NCBI GenBank assembly: GCA_964434115.1
Contig: CAYSSX010000010.1
Span: forward strand, 17,795 to 81,794
Origin: an uncultured bacterium
GTDB taxonomy: Bacteria > Omnitrophota > Omnitrophia > Omnitrophales > Aquincolibacteriaceae
Direction: 5' to 3'
Length of the DNA: 64,000 nucleotides
The notes under the pieces are model-generated. The model was not told the DNA's origin. It worked only from the letters and a program-made list of their open reading frames with translations, and made no database searches. Below are positions 58,864 to 64,000 of this stretch, one piece after another. Position numbers and translations under genes: made by a program. The stretch's first letter is position 1; the number at the start of each line of letters is the position of its first letter.

Positions 58864-59013
58864 TTAGAGCGGCGCTTCCGCGGATGGGTTTTGCGGCGCC
58901 TCGGCAGGCTCGCCGCCTTTGGATTTATTCAAACGCCGGGCGCGTTTTTCTTCCTGCTTCTTCTTGCGGTCTTCTTCTTTTCTGCGTTTATTGCCGGAAT
59001 AGTTAACTCGCAT
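58864..59013 (-). CDS. 49-aa highly basic/charged small protein (not in the ORF track)
   Basis: ATG at 59013 preceded by AGGAG. Translation MRVNYSGNKRRKEEDRKKKQEEKRARRLNKSKGGEPAEAPQNPSAEAPL. Confidence 0.35.
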   Translation of the reverse strand: MRVNYSGNKRRKEEDRKKKQEEKRARRLNKSKGGEPAEAPQNPSAEAPL

Positions 59014-59254
59014 TATGGCTCCTGACTCAATGGCCGTTTCCGGCTCCTGCGTGAAAAATCAAAAGGACTGCCTGGTTCTTCGTACTTCGTTATACAGTGT
59101 TTACTTGATCCCCACAACCCTAGAGTCGGGGCCGGCGAGATGAACAACACTTGTCGCACGGAAGCAGGGCTGTGTCCGTTTCACTCGAAGTTTTAAAAGG
59201 GTGTTCGAATTATAGGGAAATCCAGCCTGGGGAGCAACCGCTTAAAGAAACGGT

Positions 59255-60718
59255 TTAGGAAGGTGTTTGTTTACCGTCAGCAAGGGAAAGGCTGAACTGC
59301 CAGCCTCCGCCGAGTGCCTTGTAAATAGCGACAAGCTGAACCGCGGTCGAAGTCTCGCTCACCGCAAGGGCATCTTCGGTTTCAAGCTGGGTGCGCTCGG
59401 TGTCGAGCAGATCCAGAAAATTGTCCAGCCCTGCCTCAAACCGGGAATGCGCCAGTTCCGTGGCTTCCACGCTGGAACGCGCGGCGTCCCGCAAATTAAG
59501 GCGGCGCTGTTCTTCCTTGGAAAAATCGGTCAGTGCATTTTCAATTTCTTCCAGCGCTTCCAGCACGGTCTTCTGGTAATTTTTCACGCTGGCCCGGGAA
59601 TCCTGATCCGTTTGCTTCATCCGCGAAAGAATGCGTTCAAGGTCCAGAATCCTCCAGCTCAGCGAAGGTCCAGTGGACGCGCGCAAAGCGCCGGCGGAAA
59701 ACCACTGCCCAAAAGTCGTGGCCGTGAACCCAAATGCGCCTTTAAAAGAAATTTCCGGAAAGAGTTCATTCAGGGCCAGGTTATAAGCGGCCATCGCCGC
59801 GGCCGCGCCTTGTTCAGCCCTTTGAATATCGGGGCGCCGGCGGATCAGCATTTCGGGATTTCCAATGTTCAGCGTCATGGGTACGGTCGGCAACGGCTTC
59901 ATGGTCTTCAAATCTTTTTCCAGGGTCTGAGGCAGCTGGCCCGTCAAAACGCTGAGACGGCGGATGGAACGCGCAACCGAAGCTTCGAGCGCGGGAATAC
60001 GCGCGCGCGTGGATTCGAGCTGTGTTTTCGCGCGGGCCACGTCCAGGTTGGTGCTTTGGCCGCCCGCGGATTTCTGCTGGGTGATCTCAAGCGTCTTCTG
60101 CTGATTGGCCGCATTACGCTGGGCAATATCAAGACGGTATTGCGCGCCGCGAAGTTCCATATAAACGCGCGCGGCCTCCGCCGTCACGGTCACCTGCACG
60201 CCCCGTAAATCGGCAAGCGCCTGACGGTTGAATGCGCGGGCCTGTTCAATCCGGTGGGAAACACGCCCGAATAAATCCAGTTCCCAAAAGGCATCAAATC
60301 CGCCGTCGTATAAGTTGACAGTCCTCTCAAGCGCGCGGCCGCCGATGCCTTCATTGCTAAGCCTTGCCCGGGCATAGGAGGCATTGGTTCCCACCGTGGG
60401 AAAACGGTCGGCTCCGGTTTCACGCAGGGCCGCGCGTGATTTCTCAAGCTGGGTCACGGCAATTTGAAGATCCAGATTGTTGCGGATCGTGTCCTCCACG
60501 ATTTGACTCAGGGTTGAATCATGCAGCTCACGCCACCACGCCGCCACAGGTTCTCCCGATTGATACATCGCGGCATCTTCCTGATGAAAGTCCTTTTCAT
60601 TCTCCGCCGGATTGGGCAAAGGCTGGGCCTTGCGGCCAACAGCGCAGCCGCTGAAAGCCAACACGCCGAGCAGCCCCAAAGCTGTCCAGGAAATCCTGTT
60701 ACCGGTCGCCGGCTTCAT
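59255..60718 (-). CDS. RND efflux outer-membrane factor lipoprotein (NodT/OprM family)
   Basis: ATG at 60718 with AAGGAG RBS. Lipobox LAFSGC. Two coiled-coil/beta-barrel repeats typical of OMF proteins. Confidence 0.85.
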   Translation of the reverse strand: MKPATGNRISWTALGLLGVLAFSGCAVGRKAQPLPNPAENEKDFHQEDAAMYQSGEPVAAWWRELHDSTLSQIVEDTIRNNLDLQIAVTQLEKSRAALRETGADRFPTVGTNASYARARLSNEGIGGRALERTVNLYDGGFDAFWELDLFGRVSHRIEQARAFNRQALADLRGVQVTVTAEAARVYMELRGAQYRLDIAQRNAANQQKTLEITQQKSAGGQSTNLDVARAKTQLESTRARIPALEASVARSIRRLSVLTGQLPQTLEKDLKTMKPLPTVPMTLNIGNPEMLIRRRPDIQRAEQGAAAAMAAYNLALNELFPEISFKGAFGFTATTFGQWFSAGALRASTGPSLSWRILDLERILSRMKQTDQDSRASVKNYQKTVLEALEEIENALTDFSKEEQRRLNLRDAARSSVEATELAHSRFEAGLDNFLDLLDTERTQLETEDALAVSETSTAVQLVAIYKALGGGWQFSLSLADGKQTPS

Positions 60719-63700
60719 GCCATTCTCCTTTTTCAATCCGGACCTTCCCGGCTTGTTTACGTTTGGAGAACCAGCCCGAGGCCGCGGAACCAAGCTTGCG
60801 GCAGAGCACGTAAAAAACCGGCGTCAAAAAAAGTCCGAACAAAGTCACGCCCAGCATTCCGCTGAAAACGGTCGTCCCCAGAGCGCGGCGCATCTCCGAA
60901 CCCGCGCCGCTTGCGAACATCAGCGGCACCACGCCCAGAATAAATGAAAAAGCCGTCATCAGGATCGGACGCAGGCGGAGACGGGCCGCCTCCACCGCGG
61001 CTTCATAAACGCCCATGCCCCGGTCTTCCAGCTGTTTGGCAAATTCCACGATCAAAATCGCGTTTTTACTGGCCAGCCCGACCAGCACAATCAAACCAAT
61101 CTGCACCAGGATACTGTTTTCCATTCCGGCCATGGAGATACCGGTAATAGCCGGCAAAAGACACATCGGCACAATCAAAACAATCGCGAGCGGCAGGGTC
61201 CAGCTTTCAAACTGCGCGGCCAGCAGTAAAAAAACAAAAACCATGGCGAGAATAAAGGCGATGCTTGCCGTGTCTCCGGATTTTTTCTGCTGATACGCCA
61301 CGTCCGTCCACTCATAAGAAATACCGTCGGGTAGAACCTTTTCCGCGAGGCGTTCCATGGCACGCAGGCCTTCACCGGAACTATGCCCGGGCTTCACGTC
61401 ACCAATCAGGGCGGCCGCCGGATAAAGGTTGTAGTGCGACACAAGCGCGGGGCCCGCGACGTCCCTTGATGTTCCGAGCGAACCGAGCGGAACCATTTCA
61501 CCGTGGGTATTCCTGACACGCAGCCTCGCGATATCATCCGTTGTCAGCCGGTAAGGCGCGTCCGCCTGCGCGGTCACACGGAACGAGCGGCCGAGATAAC
61601 TAAAATCATTCACAAAAGACGAGCCCAGATAAACTTCCAGGGCCTTAAAAACTTCCGAAATCGGCACGCCCAGTTTTTCCGCGCGTTCACGGTCAATATC
61701 AAAATAAATCTGCGGAGTGTCGGTGTTAAAAAAAGTGAATACGTTTCTTAAAACAGGGTCTTGATTGGCGGCCCCCATAAGTTCGTAGGTGGAATTTTTC
61801 AAAAGCTCAAGGCCCCTTCCCCTGCGGTCCTGCACCATCATGCGGAAACCGCCCGCGCTGCCCATGCCGCGCACCGGCGGCGGCGTGATCACAACGGCAA
61901 AGGCATCCGGGTCCGACCCCATCGCCTGATTCAGACCCGTAAGAATTTCGGAATACTGAACGCCTTCCTTTTTCCGTTCCTCAAACGATTTCAAAGTCAC
62001 AAAGATGGCCGCGGAGTTGGACGCATTCGTAAACGTGGCCGCGTCAAACCCGGCAAAGGCGACCGCATTTTCAACGCCTTTGACCTGGAGCAGCTTGGCG
62101 ATCGACCTTTGAATCACCGTGTCCGTACGCCCAAGGGCAGAACCCGGAGGCAGTTGAATGACCGTAATAAAATAGCCCTGGTCCTGCGCCGGAATATAAC
62201 CGGTCGGGACTTTCCCGAATTGATGTTTTGTGACCACCAGCAGCCCCGCGTAAACCACCAGCGCCAAAAGGCTCACGCGCAGGACTTTTTTCAGCAGACC
62301 TGAATATCCGCCCGTAAATTTCGCCAGCCCATAATTGAAAGAGCGGTTGAACCAAAGCAAGGGGCGCTGCCACAGAGGCTTCTCCGAAAGAGGCGCCTTG
62401 TCCTCATGCCCTTTGGGTTTCAGCAAAAGACCTGCCAGCGCAGGACTCAGCGTCAGGGACACAATCACCGAGATCATGGTCGCGACCGCAATCGTGACAC
62501 CGAACTGCTTGTAAAACTGTCCCGATACGCCCTGAATAAAAATCGTCGGCAGAAAAACCGCGACCAGCACAAGCCCCATGGCCACGAGAGCCGAGCCGAC
62601 TTCATCCATGGTTTTCCGCGCGGCTTCCTTGGGCGTCATCCCCTGTTCCATATTTAATTCCATATTTTCCACGACCACGATCGCGTCATCGACCACGATA
62701 CCGATCGCAAGCACAAGTCCGAACAGCGTCAGGTTATTGAGCGAATACCCCAAGGCATGCATCACGGCAAAAGTTCCGATCAATGAAACCGGAATGGCCA
62801 AAACAGGAATCAGCGATGCCCGCCACGACTGAAGAAAAACCATGATCACGATCACCACCAGAAAAATGGCCTCGAAAATCGTGTGCCCCACTTCATGAAT
62901 GGACTCTTCCACAAACTTCGTGGGGTTGTAGGCGATTTTATACTCGAGCCCGGGCGGAAAACTCTTGGCGAGTTCTTTCATTTTCGCGGAAACATCTTCC
63001 GCGGTTTTAATGGCGTTCGTTCCCGGACGCTGAAAAATCGGGAGCGCCACGGCAGGCTTGGTTCCCAGGTAGCCGCGCGTCGTGTAACTCTCCGCGCCCA
63101 TTTCAACGCGCGCAACGTCCTTCAAACGCACCAGTCTTCCGTTTTCGCCGGACTTCACGATAATATTGCCGAATTCTTCAGGCGTTTCGAGCCGGCCCTT
63201 GGTCCTCACGTTCAATTCAAAGGCGAGCGGGTCCGGCACAGGCTGCTGATTTAACGTTCCGCTGGCGATCTGCACATTCTGTTCACGCATGGCCTGAAGC
63301 ACTTCCCCGGCCGTCATGTCCATGGCTGCCACGCGGTCCGGATCAAGCCAGATACGCATGGAATATTCACTGGCACCGAAAAGGCGTAAATCCCCCACCC
63401 CTTCGATGCGCGCCAGCTCATTTTTAATTTGAAGCGTCGCGTAATTGGCTATGTAGGTTTGGTCAAAGGTGTTGTCCGGAGAAACCATGTTGACCACAAG
63501 CAGAAGGTCCGGAGAGTTTTTGCGCGTGGTCACGCCAAGACGCCGCACTTCTTCCGGCAGGCGCGGTTCAGCGATCGCCACGCGGTTCTGCACAAGCACC
63601 TGCGCGTCATCAAGGTTGGTTCCCAGGGCAAAGGTGATCGTCAAGCTGACGCGGCCGTCAGCGGTCGATTGCGCGAGCATATAAAGCATGTTCTCAACGC

Positions 63701-63917
63701 CGTTGATTTCCTGCTGAAGCGGCACGGCCACCGTGCTGGCGACCGTCTCCGCGCTCGCGCCCGGGTAAGCGGCCGAAACCTGGATTGTCGGCGGCGCGAC
63801 TTCCGGATACTGCGCGATCGGCAGCGCGAAAAACGAAAGCGTTCCGATCAGCACCGTAAAAATCGAAAGGACCGTCGCGAAAATCGGCCGGTCAATGAAG
63901 AAACGGCTCAGGGTCAC
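60699..63917 (-). CDS. RND multidrug efflux permease (AcrB/HAE1 family)
   Basis: 1072 aa. N-terminus MTLSRFFIDRPIFATVLSIFTVLIG. 12-TM plus two large periplasmic loops. GTG start overlaps the MFP stop (GTGA). Confidence 0.9.
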   Translation of the reverse strand: MTLSRFFIDRPIFATVLSIFTVLIGTLSFFALPIAQYPEVAPPTIQVSAAYPGASAETVASTVAVPLQQEINGVENMLYMLAQSTADGRVSLTITFALGTNLDDAQVLVQNRVAIAEPRLPEEVRRLGVTTRKNSPDLLLVVNMVSPDNTFDQTYIANYATLQIKNELARIEGVGDLRLFGASEYSMRIWLDPDRVAAMDMTAGEVLQAMREQNVQIASGTLNQQPVPDPLAFELNVRTKGRLETPEEFGNIIVKSGENGRLVRLKDVARVEMGAESYTTRGYLGTKPAVALPIFQRPGTNAIKTAEDVSAKMKELAKSFPPGLEYKIAYNPTKFVEESIHEVGHTIFEAIFLVVIVIMVFLQSWRASLIPVLAIPVSLIGTFAVMHALGYSLNNLTLFGLVLAIGIVVDDAIVVVENMELNMEQGMTPKEAARKTMDEVGSALVAMGLVLVAVFLPTIFIQGVSGQFYKQFGVTIAVATMISVIVSLTLSPALAGLLLKPKGHEDKAPLSEKPLWQRPLLWFNRSFNYGLAKFTGGYSGLLKKVLRVSLLALVVYAGLLVVTKHQFGKVPTGYIPAQDQGYFITVIQLPPGSALGRTDTVIQRSIAKLLQVKGVENAVAFAGFDAATFTNASNSAAIFVTLKSFEERKKEGVQYSEILTGLNQAMGSDPDAFAVVITPPPVRGMGSAGGFRMMVQDRRGRGLELLKNSTYELMGAANQDPVLRNVFTFFNTDTPQIYFDIDRERAEKLGVPISEVFKALEVYLGSSFVNDFSYLGRSFRVTAQADAPYRLTTDDIARLRVRNTHGEMVPLGSLGTSRDVAGPALVSHYNLYPAAALIGDVKPGHSSGEGLRAMERLAEKVLPDGISYEWTDVAYQQKKSGDTASIAFILAMVFVFLLLAAQFESWTLPLAIVLIVPMCLLPAITGISMAGMENSILVQIGLIVLVGLASKNAILIVEFAKQLEDRGMGVYEAAVEAARLRLRPILMTAFSFILGVVPLMFASGAGSEMRRALGTTVFSGMLGVTLFGLFLTPVFYVLCRKLGSAASGWFSKRKQAGKVRIEKGEWHEAGDR

Positions 63918-64000
63918 TTGTAAGTCCTTTCGTCCGTTTCCGGGGCTGAGAGGTCGGTCATTTGCGGCTCTACTTCTACGCCATTTCTGACTTTCTGAAT
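63914..64000 (-). CDS. RND membrane-fusion protein (periplasmic adaptor), 3' end only
   Basis: The translated C-terminus ...IQKVRNGVEVEPQMTDLSAPETDERTYK* resembles the AcrA-type LQKVRPGVQV terminus. The stop overlaps the permease start. Confidence 0.5.
   Translation of the reverse strand: MQKVRNGVEVEPQMTDLSAPETDERTYK

Noticed and set aside
1-64000. Looked for tRNA, rRNA, CRISPR repeats, IS elements, integrases and phage genes.
   Set aside because: Intergenic regions are short (mostly under 250 bp). None shows tRNA cloverleaf hallmarks or regularly spaced direct repeats, and no transposase or integrase-like ORF is present.

Overview
This is a 64 kb bacterial chromosomal window of roughly 55% GC, densely coding, with no rRNA, tRNA, CRISPR array or obvious mobile element. 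About 42% of it is taken up by two paralogous giant ORFs that are not co-located. The first is 515..8914 on the minus strand (2799 aa, TTG start). The second is 28725..47210 on the plus strand (6161 aa). Both open with a Sec-type signal peptide ending in VYA. After it they share a roughly 400-aa N-terminal domain of unknown function. The rest of each protein is a beads-on-a-string array of enzyme-like modules. In the larger protein these modules include at least four Rossmann/SAM-methyltransferase-like cores, a eukaryotic-like Ser/Thr protein kinase core (HGDIKPENL...IDFGG), a P-loop (GMPGSGKSS), a degenerate M23-peptidase HLHF motif and an ASKHA/ROK-type sugar-kinase glycine loop. The key observation is that both giants are punctuated by the exact pentapeptide R-S-E-L-R, 12 exact copies plus one RSELSR variant in the large one and 6 exact copies in the small one. 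The codons at these sites differ from copy to copy, so the motif is conserved at the peptide level rather than as a DNA repeat, and the copies fall at apparent module boundaries. I interpret this as a previously undescribed giant secreted multi-enzyme or polyprotein system carrying a dedicated linker, processing or docking motif. The remainder of the window is ordinary chromosome. It holds a 5'-truncated soluble acyl-ACP desaturase and a compact type III PKS cassette (YbeD-like, SAM-MTase, FAD-oxidoreductase, chalcone-synthase-like KS). Housekeeping genes are present (RluA, Zn-ADH, aminotransferase, CvfB, RNase HI, ABC-F, ArfB, SlyX, SDR, class I FbaB, OYE reductase). There is a lexA gene with a perfect 16-bp AT-rich palindrome at its promoter and a co-oriented unknown gene downstream. 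A CHASE2 histidine kinase and a FecR-domain protein sit beside the large giant. A small ars island carries a half-length aquaporin and a divergent Cys-rich mini-protein. There is also a B12-radical-SAM plus thioesterase pair, and a NodT-RND-(MFP) efflux operon at the 3' edge. Domain calls inside the giants are motif-based and need HMM or structure confirmation.
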